The notes below the pieces were generated by a model. It was not told where the DNA came from and searched no databases. It saw nothing but the letters and a program-made list of their open reading frames with translations. A stretch of 64,000 nt of DNA from Kondoa subrosea (Eukaryota): assembly GCA_039545335.1 (NCBI GenBank), contig BCIN01000006.1, positions 1 to 64,000 on the forward strand, written 5' to 3'. Below, piece after piece: positions 37,436 to 50,970 of this stretch. Numbering within the stretch: the stretch's first letter is position 1; each line of letters starts with the position of its first letter. Both the position numbers and the translations under genes were made by a program.

Positions 37436-39765
37436 TTAGAGAATTGTACATGAGCTGAGAGTGATACATTGCAAGTGGTGTAAGCATAAGGATATGAACA
37501 TGAAAGGATATCGAAGATGTTGGTCTTGAAGAGCAGTGAAGTCGTCCTCATCCATCGGTGTGGATTGATGAGTTTGCCTGAATTGTACTCAGCGTCCGAT
37601 TTTAATCGATAATCAGACTCACTGTCTCAGGCGCTTGCTAGAAGGCTGAGAAGAAGCTCCTTCGGTACCAGACTTGTGAGGAGTTTGCTGAGATCCTTCT
37701 GGTCGAGAGCATCGTGGACGCTTGTTTGAGCGAGTAGACAGAGATTCGATCAATGAAAGCAGAGTAGCGAAAGTTTTTGCTGAAGCTCGAAAAGTCTTGT
37801 CACCGAGATCTTGTCTCATGGCTGTTTTGAAAATGTCAGCTAGCTTCTTTGGTATCAAGTTGGGGCTCACTATGACGCATGGTTTCGAAAGCATCAAGAT
37901 ACTGCTCGTTGGTCCAACCTTCATTCTTGACTGTTCCATGATCAATCAGAAAAGGATGTATTTGAGCTGGATTACTCACAAATGAAATAAGTCCAGAGAC
38001 AAAGTTCCATTCCTGTGACTTTCTTGGAGCAATCTGGAACTGGAGCAAGTTGCTTCAAACGAGCAGCTCGACTACCCTTCTTAGGCGTTTTGGTATTCTT
38101 AGCAGTCTCTGCTTCGCTTTCTGCCTCATCTTCTTCGGCGATAGACAGATCAACCAGCTTAGACAAAGCATCATCGACAGCTGCCAAGGGAGATGAGAGA
38201 GAATACTGGCATCCGGAATGCGTGCTTACCAGTTTTGAAGGCTTCGGACGGCTGTTCTTTTCGCTCCTGAAAGGTTTTCTGGATTGCAACAGTTGTATGA
38301 TACTTGACGGAGTTGCCCTCCCACTCCTCCAAGATAGCTAAAGCAGCTGCAGCGACTAGTACATACTGTATGAGCAGATGTGAGTTCTCGCTTGAAAGCT
38401 TCTGACCGATGGCTTACATCGCTGCCTCGATCAAGTTGGGCTACTCGATCGTGCAAACCATTTTTTACAGAAGGCATAAGCTATTCCGGACTGCTCGGTA
38501 CGAGAAATTCATGCTGTCTGAGATTGACATACCGTAGTAGAGATGTGAGTTCGAGCAAGCTCCTCGATCCACTTGGAATAGCCATCACTAGAGGCTTGTA
38601 GCTTTTCGCCAGCTTTGAGAGGTTCGCCGAGTTGAACTCTGTGGCAGAGTCTTCAGCTCAATTTGGAGAATTCGAAATAGTATGACTATACCGAGCAAAA
38701 ATATCACTATCAAACAGTTCAATTAACGCAAGGTGAAATTAGAGAAAACACGCTTACCGCTGATCAAGATCGCTAATATCGTTGTATTCTGTCACCGCAA
38801 TGGCCTTACTCTGTTCTCGCGTCAGATGTGCTAACACTGTCTGATGCACTGAGATTACCTTGAACAACCTTCACGACCAGTGATACTTCTCAGCTATAAT
38901 CCGCCTCGTAAGGAAAGCGAAGCACCTGACATATCGGATTTCCAGAACATTTCTTTTCTCGTCGATTTCTTTTTCGCCAGATGGCACATACCAACGCGCA
39001 CCAGAAAGCTTGTCTGTGGATGATACGTATGATTGATAAGCAAGCATGATTTCAACACATGAGATCACCAACTACTGACCGACATAGGCAATCTCAGAGT
39101 CAAGAAAACGAGCAATAGAAGTCAATCGCCTAAATCAGACATAATAGACATGAGCGAACCAAAAGATACTACTAGAGAGGTTCTTGACGCACTGTTTGCC
39201 ATCCATACAAATTCTCGATTCAGACCCGTCGGTTTCTTGGTCCACCGCAAAGAGAACCGGAGGGATATAGATGTCTTTGAGATGACAGATCAAAAATTAG
39301 CGAGAGTCACTCTCGAGAGATGCCTGTGCCCAGCAAGAAAAGCCTACTTTGAAAGATTGAGTCGATTAGAGCTTCCTGTTTCTTGTCTTCGAATAGCATG
39401 GATGAGCAGTATACAGGGCGCTCGATTGATTTACTGACCATTCCAGACTACTTCTCTCTGATAGGCAGCATCCAAATCAATCAATTCCTCGCTGATCAAT
39501 GCTATACGGCACTCGATGAGTCCAATCTCCCGAAGACAGCACGAGAACAAACTATGCAGTTCAGCACAGGTAGCAGTAGTAAAGAGAGGTTTGGCGAGCT
39601 GTTGTGTGCATAAGTAAGAGACCCTTGAGCGCAAGAATTGGGCGTTACAGCCTGTATGACCAATTTCGGGACATTGGGTGTGACAGCAATAGAAGCATCC
39701 TCTTGCGTAGGGGCCTCTTCTCTCTCACTGGTAGGCTGCTTGACCTTAGTAGCGGAGCGCTTCAT
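37436..39765 (-). CDS. DUF262 domain protein, copy 2 (close paralog of copy 1)
   Basis: IDLDAAYQREVVWN (about 39440-39480), KKQEALIDSIFQ, RICMDGKQ|RLTSIARFL, DIFAR|VQLGEPLKAGEKLQA, RLKQLAPVP, TNEQYLD. Confidence 0.85.
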
Positions 39766-39978
39766 CGTAGTTGAAGACAAAGGACAGACGCCAAAATCAA
39801 TTGTCTCTGAGTATCTGCGTAAGCGCATCGCAACGCGTCGTGAACATCTCAATGCGAGTTTCCGTTCGTCGTTCATGCAAGTCTATCCACAAAAGGAGGA
39901 AGTAGAATGATATTCCATTCAGATATGAGTATAAAATATAAGGTCATGATATATCAGCGGCTCATCCTGTCCGGCGCT

Positions 39979-42383
39979 TCAAACAGTCACAATCCGGCCA
40001 TTGATAGCTTTAGCATAAAGCTGAAGAGCATCAGGAAGCGAATTTTGAGATATCAACTGGATCAGCTTACTTTATCATTTTTGTAGAAGATCCAATCCGA
40101 GGGAGGAAGCTTCTCGGGTGTGCCGTATTTGTGTAAGAATGAGTCGATTGAAGGAGAGCTATGGGCACGTTTGCAGAGCTTGTTGGCTTGATGGTAGTGG
40201 CAACTATTTGAAGAACAACATCAGTTGGCAGCCAACAACACATGAAACCGCCTCCTCACTCGCCCAGAATATAGAATATGCAAGCTTCGTTCGGCCAGTG
40301 AGGAGGCACATGTCTATAGCGGCCATGGACATTGTATTCGTCGATAATCTTGCCTGGCGAAGATACTCTCTGGGCTGATGAACTCAACGCATGCGATGTG
40401 TTTTTGGTCAGATTCTTGGGACCAGTTGGTATGGGCAGCTGTAAGGCATTGAACGCTTCTTGATGACTAAAGCATTGCAAATAGAGTAAGTACCTGCTTG
40501 AGAATATTAACTTTTGCCTACTTCTCCGTTGGAGCTTTCCCAATTCGATCAAAAAGAGCCGTCGCTCTGCCTCTTATCGAAAACGCGTCGGGTTTCACAT
40601 TCGAAGATGTACTTTCTACATAAGCAGCGTCTGGTATTGAAACACGCTTTTCTAATGGTGTTGCACATAGAGGTTTGCTTTCCATCGGATGAGTGGACGT
40701 GCGCGCCTCCTGATCCTTTGCGCTCTGCATCAGCACATCTTTCAGAAGAGCTTCCCAAGCATCGTCATGAGCAGCAGTATCGTTGACTTGGACTGTTTCT
40801 ACGCGTTCCGTTGAGACGGAAACATTACTCTCGGAGCTGTTGTCTTCAACCGATAGTATTTCCACGTCTCCCCAAGGACTCTTAGTCGGCTTCTTATTAT
40901 CGCGAATCTTGAATTCACATGATGCATCTATTTCGCTGCTTGAATCAAGCCTTCGTCTTTTGTTGATGGAGTCATCGGATGCTGCTTCTAATGTTCGTTT
41001 ACTGCCAGGACTGACGGCAGAAGGTTCGATGATAGGTGGGCGAGCTTCAGCTGAAGTTTCCACTGAGATCCGGCTACATCCAATGTTAACTAAACGAGCG
41101 GATCTTTTCCTAGCGAACGCACTTGACGATCTTCACCAAAAAGGTCCATGCTTCATCTGTCCTGGGTATATCTGCCGTGTACCTTTCGCCTACTTCTAGT
41201 CTGAAAAACCTAATTGCATTTCGCAGTACGTCGTCGGTTAGATGCTGGAGCTTGTGCATGAGATAAGGGAGAATGATGAATTCCATAGCGCGAAGGATGC
41301 TAGGATTGTTGAAAACGGGGTGAGTGGCCTCTGTTTCCGCACTCCGGACGATCGATCCAGGTCGCATGTCTAGAGATAGTTTCCCGATACGATCACTGCG
41401 GTGCACAGTATCAGAATCAGTAACGCTACATGGTATCGTACGCACAGTATACGTATAGCCAAAGCTATGGTGCTTCCCAAGTCTACCTGAGAGCTACTCG
41501 AGTCTAGCCATACTGAGAGATCAACCAGATCGAAAGGACCACAAGTAAGCTGATCTTGAAGAAGATTGAGAGATCTTATGATGTATGCAAAGATGATGAA
41601 GAGCTCGGTCTGCGAGGCAGGAGGTAAAAAGCGATGGAAAGTGACTGATGGCCGACCAAAGCTGTCTACAGGCTGGAGATATTGCTTCATCATTTCATGG
41701 ACCATTTGAGCAGTGTCTGAGTCTGAACAGGCTAGCTTTTCCGCAGCTGACAAAGGTGAAGAGCAATTCGACCTAAGGAATATTTCCCTTTCTTGCTGGG
41801 AAGACAGGTTTGGGTATTCGCAGATAGCAATTTCAAGCTGACAAAAAGTCTGAAGATCCATTGTGGACAGCACAAGAATCTCGTTTCTAAAGATTGGCTT
41901 GGAGCCGCGATTTGCTGAAATACGTGTGCATTTTCAGCACAAAGATGGAGAGCTGATACATTCACTAACTCATATCAAGGAAAGAGCGTAGAGTCTGCAA
42001 GCGTTGCGTCCCATCGATAATCCTACGCGATCCATCTTCATTGGAAGCTCTGTTTCGATTTCAGTACTATTTAGTCAGAGCCATTCAGCTGGTAGACCAA
42101 CAATACGATCGGAGCAATCTAGAGGAGAAATATCAGAGGCGGGCTGACAAAGGCCAGACTCGTTATACATACGTGCTCATAGCCTTCGCCAATACAATGG
42201 ATGTAAAGTGCTTGTGCTTCAGCTGACCATTGTGACTCTCTCTCAAAGAGCCTGGGACTATTGCACCTGCAAGCAGCTGGTCATAGATGTTTTGCACAGA
42301 AAGTCGCTCGCAACGAGATTTGGGCAAAGGCTGACAAGGATGATCAGCATGCGAAACAAGCTGAATACACGACTGCAGACCAT
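39979..42383 (-). CDS. Divergent DUF262 protein with C-terminal CCCH zinc finger, copy 3 (apparent frameshift near 42250)
   Basis: NIYDQL, FERESQWSAEAQALYI, IIDGTQRLQTLRSFL (about 42000), EREIFLRSN; C-terminal PPHWPNEACIFYILGD|CHYHQANKLCKRAH. Confidence 0.72.
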
Positions 42384-42644
42384 AATTCGAGCTTTAGAAC
42401 CGTCTGTGTTTGGCCTGTGGCTTATGTCTGCAGATATTCAGACTTCCAAAATCTAGAAATGTTGTTTTAGAGATCACGCTAGGTCTTCTGCTGCAACACT
42501 CTTGTATCGCGAGGACAGAGTGAGTGATGCTACACGCGTGCGCTGGTATGATCCTCTAGAAGTAATATCGTTGTTGCATGAAGCAAGACAATCATTACAT
42601 AATCTGAATCCGAATATGAACATGGCAATTCGATCGAAGAATAG

Positions 42645-45499
42645 CTACAATACGAGTATGTTCTCATTTACATCCACGTAAGCGCACTTGATTTCGTCTT
42701 TGAACCAACACCATCGTCCTTGCAACATCCGAGGTTGACCGAAGTACGCAAGATATACGTCCAGCTCTCTTGATCTCCCATGGTATCTATCGCATTTGAA
42801 GCCTCTGTTGCAATCCTTGGAGTAATCAAACCAACTATGGCGCAAGATAATGAAGCTTCAGCGCAAAACGATCTCGGAACAGAGCTCTGAATGGCTTACC
42901 AAGAGTCAAAAGGCCAATACGGAGGGAATCTGTTACCCCCTTTGCGATCAACAGAGCCAATAACGAGACCCTTTTTCAGAGCTGCCGGGTTTGGCCATGG
43001 CCAAGGAGGATCAGAATGTCTATGGCCCGGCGTGACAGCTGTTGGCGGCGCTGGGACGAAATTGGTACTAGAAGTAGGTTGCGGTCTTTCAAAAGTCGAT
43101 GTATTTATAGCAGGAGAAATAGGTCGATGTTGAGGCCAAGCTGTCGGCAAGGCGTTTCCTAGCTGTGAAGAGCTTGAGCAGCCGGGTATCTTGAACTCCT
43201 GTCTTCCATTGCCTGGCACATTGCTCTCAAGAGATGCAGATCTGCCAGTTGGTTGCACATTGACTCCTTCAGGTCCTCTCTTGCTACCTTGACCCAAAGC
43301 CGCTTGTGCATTTGAGCCTTCTGCTAGTATAGGATCTGGCACGAAGGAATTGATCGGTGAAGGTGATCTGCGAAAACTGAGAATTCCTGAATTGGCAGCA
43401 GAGTCTGGTCGTGAGGTGTTTTGCACCGGAGTAGACTGGGATCGAGCATCGCCTAGAGATCCGTGTCGCGTGAAATTGGGAAGTTCTCGTATCAAAGACG
43501 TAGGTGACGCCGCGAAGCCAACACTTCTAGCGGGCTGCGGTGCTGCAAAAGAAGCATTCTGCATTGCTTTCGACCTATCAGGCGATCCTGTAGCAGGTTC
43601 GACCACTGCGCTACTTGATTGGGTACTGATAGGCTGCAAAGCGTTCTGCGGTGAAGGGAATTTGCGGGGATCAAGAGAGGGCAGCGACGCTTGCAAAGGA
43701 GAAGTGTGACGCGAAGAGGGTTGCTGAAGCGATGCTTGCCTTCGAGGATCCACTGTAGGAGATTGTTGCTTGCTGCGCATGATGTTGGGAGACAAGGTCG
43801 ACTCAGCTGAAGAGATTCTTGAATGAGCTTCTGTGAGAGTCGGACTAGCTGCGACTGTGTTCGCTTGAGCCAGATCAGAGTTCGGAGGTATAAAGGTGTT
43901 AGAAGCAGGCGAAGGCGAAACATCATGGATAGACATAGGCGCAGGTGATTCTGATTTGACCGATTCATGTCTGGGTCGCTTGTAGCTAGTAGATCTGTTC
44001 AGTATTGTCCGAGCTGGACGTTTGAGCCCTCTTGATGATGTTGAAGAGGCCGCGTTAGAGACATATGTTCCTGTCATTTGCGTTGCGCTGATGGATCTAT
44101 AGGAGAATTTGAGCTGGACGTGACTGCTGTAGAATAATAACAGATAACTGACTCGATGATGATCTTCAGGGCGTTCCAGGTATGGAAACTGTACGAGAAG
44201 CCTTCTGGATACGTGCTAGATGCATTGCGCCGAAAAACTTCGACAGCTTCCCGAAGCAATCCCTTTTCCAGAGATCGGTGGACGTGTAGCAAATATGGTA
44301 GTAGAATAAATTCAATAGAAGATAGAAGACCGCCATTGGTGATGCACGAATGGACAGGCAAATGCTCCTCTTGAAGGTCATGTTTACCATGCTCAGGGAC
44401 AGAAAGTTGATTAAGATGATCCCTGTTAACATGCAGTCATCCTGTTGAAGCAAAGGACTTCATCCAGCAGAAGAACAACTTACAACGTCTGCCGAGAGAT
44501 TTGCACTACTTGTTCGCTCACTTCTTCTGCTGAATTTAGCCAATCATCGAGACTGTCGTCGTCGACGAAAGCGTAAGTTCCATTGACTGTCAGATTCTCC
44601 ATAGCTTTCAAGACTCTAGCCCAAGCGGTATGAACATAACTGTTGGGTTTGATCACAGCGAAAGCGAGAAGTCGGTCATAAGTAGGAGATGGACCAATGT
44701 AGTTTGGATAGGTGCTATTGCAGATTCTATTGAGGCAGGAGCTGTGCAATAGAAGATGATAGCTTACTATTCTTCCCTCCTGATCAACAGCTTCAGCAAA
44801 AGCGATGACACAGCGCACCGAGAACACTCACATCTGATTTATATAAGACGTGACAGGACCAAAAGAAAGACCGCTCCGAACCTCAGCTCGAGACAGGCTC
44901 AAGTGAATATTGGATCGCTGGAAAATTACAGCCTCGTCTTCCTCTGAAAGGTCATCATAATTGACTACTCTGATGGGAATCTTTTGGAAGATTTCGCGTT
45001 GAGATTGAGGGAGTACACGCCGATCGGGTGAAGATTGGCCGGGGGAAGAAAAATAGAAATAGTTCACATCGAAAGAGTCTTTAACAGGAATTTGACCAGT
45101 CATGAAGGCTTGAATAGCTAGCAGTCTTTGCTTTCCATCGATGACCAGACCGTGTAGAACGCCCTTCTCTGTTTGCCCTGAGCTTCTGCTTGTGTCTTCA
45201 GCCAAGCAGCCTACTGCAGAGTACTTCAACTAACATTACGATAGGTGCGACATGCTGGAAACGCCTGAAAAGACTGTTGATGTACGAAGATTGCTGCTCA
45301 GGGCTCCAATCTGAATCTATTCGCATTTGCCCAAAACGGGTTCATCAAAATACAACGACGAAATTGGCTCATCGAGCTCACCTCTGGTAAAAGGAAAGGA
45401 AATCTCATTATTCTGCAACTGATCGTACAGCTCAGACAGGAATGGAGAGCCAGGCGTGCCAGCAGGCAAGCATTCAAGTTGAAATTCGTGTCCAGACAT
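42645..45499 (-). CDS. Divergent DUF262 protein with C-terminal CCCH zinc finger, copy 4
   Basis: ELYDQL...PFTR|DSDWSPEQQSSYINSLF, VIDGKQRLLAIQAFM (about 45100-45145), EAVIFQRSN, long Ser/Pro linker, PPYWPFDSC|WFDYSKDCNRGFKCDRYH. Confidence 0.8.
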
Positions 45500-45786
45500 C
45501 TGCTTGTCCTTAGATTCTTCTGTAAGTATTCTGCAAGCGTCTTTCACTTCTTGCTGTGCTCTTATCGACTTGCTGTGCTCCCTGTGCCTGATTGTTATTA
45601 AATAAGCCCTTTTTAAACTTTCCGACATCCGCTTGATCAAAACCAAAGCCAAGGCCAAAGCCCAAAGGTCAGAGCTCGAGCGAACAGTGCTTCTATGAAT
45701 TAGTCCATGCGTTACTCTCTGTTCTTGTTCTCTTCTCTTCTGTCTCTTCCTCTTGTGGTAGCCTCGCTTCAATCTCATTCAAGCAA

Positions 45787-46284
45787 ATGTCATCCATTAT
45801 TAAATCCGTCACCGACCTGGTCTCCAGCATAGTAGGCTTCGTTCGCCTTGCAGGAGGTCTGCACAACACAGGACGAGCGCTGATGATAACTGGTTCCCTT
45901 CTGCAAAAGAGTCAATACTTGTCCCTTGAGCTGTTCTTCGCTTGTCTAAATGCACATGAACAACAACAGTTTCAAGCATTCTTGCGGTCGTTAACAATCT
46001 TGTCAATGTCGTCATGTCTGTCTTTGGAAGTGCTGTACATTTGGCAACGACTTTCGTTACTTCTTGCTTGAACTTCATCACCCGTGCGTTTCCTATATCA
46101 GATGTCTTTCGTCTTACTGATAACCCGATAGAGAATATTGGACTTGTTCTTCTGGTCGGAGTCGCATTCGTTGGCTGTACTTATCTATCCTTTGCCTGCA
46201 TTGTAGAAGAACGCTTATCGAGCGACAGGGCAACTTTACTTACAACAGCAAAGAACAGGAAAGGTTTTGCCGAAGAAAGTAGCT
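45787..46284 (+). CDS. Small hydrophobic hypothetical protein, multi-exon
   Basis: MSSIIKSVTDLVSSI, an amphipathic second exon, then TM-like IGLVLLVGVAFVG. The end is uncertain. Confidence 0.45.
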
Positions 46285-46380
46285 TGATCTGTATAGTCGA
46301 AGCAATAGGCACATTTGGACCTTGTACTCGCATGTGGAAGAGTATCATGCAATTTTCGATTCTGCAGCCCTCAATATTTG

Positions 46381-48488
46381 CTATTTTGCTCCTAAATACC
46401 CTCTCAATTCCCTCAGCAGGATATGTTGATCTTCAGGCGATAAATGATTGACAATAGTATCCATCAAGCCTGCTACGCTGACCGCATCTATTCTGACCAA
46501 AGAAGTGTAGTAGAAATACGCAAAGACGCCCATCAAAAATCTGTGCATGTTTCAAGTCATGACATGCCCTGTAGTGCATAATTAAAGGCTTGAGACGCAC
46601 TGGCAATCCATTCGATCTGTCATTCCACCATGACCAGGAATTGAATCGCCGAAATCTTTGATTCCAAAAGCTCTCTTGAACCCTGAAGCGAAGAATCCAC
46701 CAAAAGGTGCGACCAGGGAAGCAAAGATGGCCATGACGATCGTATGTAGTTGGAAAGGTGCCCAAGAGAAGGTTTCAAAGTTACCTGGTAGCCAATTCGG
46801 TAAATCGTAAGAACGCCAAAGGAAAGCTGGATTAGGATCGCAAGTAGTATTCGAGAAGGCAGATGTGCCTAGATCTCTACATGGGCAGATCATGTATTGA
46901 TATCGCATGAAGAAGGTAGCCCACTGTGCACATGACGACGTGATTGAATCAGCATAATACTGACTACTTCCGCGTCGAACGCACAGCATAACCAAAGATG
47001 ACAGTCATGAATAGAGCTCCAACAAAACCTTCAACAGTCTTCTTGGGACTGAGTTTGATCAGTTGATGTCGACCAAAGAGCATGCCTGTCAGATTAAAAA
47101 TGGATGATATCAGACTAATCTGAAGGCCAAGCATCATGTACTGACCACATATGTACGCCCAAATGTCATTGCAAATGACTAAAGAAGCAGGAACGAAGAA
47201 CCAGATCAACCCTTCGAGGATGTTATTGACCATGAAATGACTGTCAAAGAAGACAAAGACAAATCAGTATCATCCTGATGTCTTCAGTATCATCCCTGAC
47301 CTTGAGAATACAATCAAGAGCAAACTCATATGGATCCAACAGAACAAGCTGAATTGTCTTGCCAGAGTTTCTCTTTGCAAAGTAGTAACGAAAGCGACAA
47401 AACCAAGAGTCCACAACATGAATGAGAGGAAGCGATGATGTTTTGCAAAGCCAAGAAAGTATGTGTCGACCAGAACGATGTGCTGTCAGTGATCATGATC
47501 GCCTCGAGCCAATAAGTTGACTCAAGCTGAAACAACTGACCTTGAAATAGTATATAATGGATTCACCATAAAGGAAATAATTCGAGATAGCAAAGAAGTA
47601 CCAGCTGAGCATCTTGCTATAAGTGTCTTTTTCTCCTTCCCTGCGTCCACTTCTTTTCGCTTTAGCAGGTTGATGTGTCATTGATCTCCATCCCGCATCA
47701 AACAAACCGACCAATTCCCTGAACACACTAGCTTGCAAGAAGAGCACGCCAACAATGATGTAGATATGACCCATAAGCATTGTAGCGATGAAAACAGCAA
47801 TCATGACTAAAGTCCAAACCGTTCTTGTAATGATTGCTTTCCTTTTGGTCGACGGAGCATGATCAGCGCCGTGTGGTAAAGAGTTGACGTTCTGAGGTTG
47901 AGTAGTATCCACTTCTTTCGATCCCGCTTCCTGCTCAGCTTCTGCTTGACCTTCTTTCACATTGTCAACATCATCGCTTGCATCGGCCTCTTCACTCTCC
48001 TCCTCCTCATCCTCTTGATCATCAGCTTCGTCATCTGCTGTGACAGACGATTCGTTTGCCATAGAAGAAGCAGGTCTTGAAACTTGAGCGGATTCATTGC
48101 CCTCTGATTCCAGAGGCTCATCCTCATGAGAAACAGTCACAGCAGGTACACTCTGTTGCTCTCGCTGCACAGGTGAAGCCTCTTGTTCTTGTTCTCGCTC
48201 ATTAGCCTTCTCAACCGAATTCGACAATTGCTGCTGTTCTACACTTTTGGTCTCCAGCTGACCATTGACTTTCTTCAGATCCGAAACTGAAGTTTTTGGA
48301 GTTAACGCTCTGCTAGCTTTCCTTTCTTGCGCCCGTCTTCGAGCTCTTTGCTTTTTCGACAAAGGTGCTTCCAATTGCGTAGCATTCGGTGTGTCGGGTT
48401 GGGAGGACGAGGACTCGTTGTCTGAATCTTCTCCTCCTGATCCCTGAACATCCAACAAGCTGTACACTGACTTGTAAGGTGCTGACAT
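46381..48488 (-). CDS. CDS1: Phosphatidate cytidylyltransferase (CDP-DAG synthase)
   Basis: [65 protein letters not shown]. Confidence 0.96.
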
Positions 48489-48780
48489 GGTCGAAGCGAA
48501 AAAGAGACAATGCATAATTCGAGGCGAGCCAACATATTCGAGGTGAATAGACAGGAGAATTAATGCCATACTATCATGATTACTGTACACGACGATACAT
48601 TGCATCTAATTCGACCGGCCTTTCATTCTCGCTTGCATGACGTTTGCTCCGCTTGTTACAAATTCATAAAGGCAGGTCATAGATCTGTGAGCATAGAAGG
48701 GATCCATTGTACGTAGACATGGAATTGTAAGGCGACAGCTTACTATAGGAAACCAGAATCAACCCAAATTCAGCACACGA

Positions 48781-50523
48781 TCACAGAACCAAACCAGCAG
48801 TCTTCAGCTGTTTCTTCAGCAAGACTGAAAGAATGGCTTCAGCATACATAATTGCGCATCAGAAGATCCCAACCGTACAAGCTGTGATATCATTTATGCA
48901 TTTCTTCATCCCACTCGAATCGCTGAATTGGATTTGATCAGCTTGGCAAAGTAGCTAGAGATTAGACTCACGTAGCCTGAGTAAAATGACAGAAGAAGTT
49001 GGACTTATTCTCTTCTTTGACCACAGCGAGAAACTTCTTTCGAAAGAATCGTTTGACTTGTTCATAATCTATATCGGAGCCTGTCAGGTCGAACGGCCTT
49101 TTAGCTCAATATTGAGCACTCAAACTACCTCAAACTGACCTTCATAGTCTGGAAAGTACTGCTTTACGGAAGCTTTCGGTAGTTTCTCCTTTAGCTGAAA
49201 GAAGCTTCAGCTTGAAAGAAAAAGCAATACACAAAAATGAAACTGACGAGATCGACTTTGTTCAAGAAAAGAATATGTGCAGACTTTGCAAACAACTTAG
49301 AGTTCACACTGTGAGCGGAGCAAAGCAGAAAATAAGTATTAGGAATGCTTGTAACATAATGACTAACACCGAGTCGTACACTACGAAAAACAGATCAGCT
49401 TGACAGTAAGAGCACAAGAGACTGCGGGTATACCTTCTAAGGCTTCTTCTATCCTAGGCTTGTTTGCATCTTCCCTTATCCGTTGATCGTATTCCGATAT
49501 TGAAGCGATAAAAAGCAGAACGTCGACATTCTCGAAGCCTATAAGCAAATCAGAGGTATCGAGAAGTGTGTTCGATGCTCATACAATGAATCCTGTCAGG
49601 GACCGAGTCAGAATAGAATGTTTGAAACAAGGTCAGAGACAAACTAACCATTTTCGCCTTTCTGATCTCTGGCCGCCGCAATCAAAGACATGCAGTTTCA
49701 GACCGCCAACATCTGGGAAGAAGACTTCTACTATTCCTCTATTCAAATGAACGAATGGGCATTGCAATTCATGGCTGTACAGACAAAACATACGTTGTCT
49801 TTATTCGGGATTTGATGATGTCCATATCAGTTGGAATGTAATGATAGTCTTCCTTGTCCACAAAGCGATCGATCCTTTCGATAAAGTACGTTGCGCTAGT
49901 GAAACTGGCGATGAGCCTCGGCATCCGAGTGTCAAGTAAATGCTAACCTGTCATTCAGCTGATACTCACTTCTCCGCGATATTGCCAACTGTACAGCCGT
50001 CTCTTTATATAGGATTGATATAGCTTTAGCCGTCTCATCGTCCAAATGATCTACTGTATCTTCTCTTCCGCGATCTTGCAACAAGCGAGCGTACTCTTGA
50101 CTAACGGAATCTGATAACTTGATGCCCATGATATCCATAGCGTCGAGAATACATTGCATAGATTGAAGTGTGTTGGCTAGAACGACTTCTCGATATTCAG
50201 CTCGTTCTGCTTCTGGTAGTGGGCCAAGATGCATGAATCGCATTTGTTTCAGCACAGTGGATCTATCTAAATCTATCAGACATTCTCCACCGTTTCCTGT
50301 TTACACCTACTTTCCAGATTCCCCGGCTCCAAGAAGTAAAGTTTTGATTACTATATTGAAGTCGCGTCAGATTGGATCTCGATTAAGCAGGACAAATCTT
50401 ACCCGTCTTCTGCTGTAACGCATCCTGCTTGAGCTTCTCATCTATACTGCGACTTCTTTTTGCAGGAGTAAGTGTTAGACTTTGTGTGTCTTCGGCCAAA
50501 TCTTTCGATGCTATACAACCCAT
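48781..50523 (-). CDS. Heterotrimeric G-protein alpha subunit (copy 1)
   Basis: MGC N-terminus, LLLGAGESGK|STVLKQM, SRIKTT, DCGGQRSERRKW, FLNKVD. Confidence 0.92.
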
Positions 50524-50970
50524 TGCTTTGAAAATACAGAACGTTCAAAGGAGAAGGAGGAGAGAAAAGGTACAGTAAAAGCCAGCAGGAGAACGGCAAC
50601 AAAGACGAAAACAGAAACGGCATCATTAGATTGCGAGAACGCAATATTTTGGCTAAAGAGGCGGCAGCTAGAAGACAGTATCTTGGAGTAGTCATCATGG
50701 GGCAGCACCACAAGTTAAAGGCACATAACAGGAGAACGGTCGTACAGTACTGTAGTAAAAAGAGAGGGCGCAAGAGAACGGGACATTAGCTAGTGCAAAC
50801 CGACTCGAGTATGTTTCACGAATGATCTGTTTGACACAATGTATATCGCGATATATGCAGCTGTGTTAGTGTATTGGCATAGCTTGAAGTATAAGGCGCA
50901 GCCCTTTCTGAACAAAATCCCTTGGGTATCCCATAGAACAACATTCATGCACAAGACCTCTTCAATCAAG

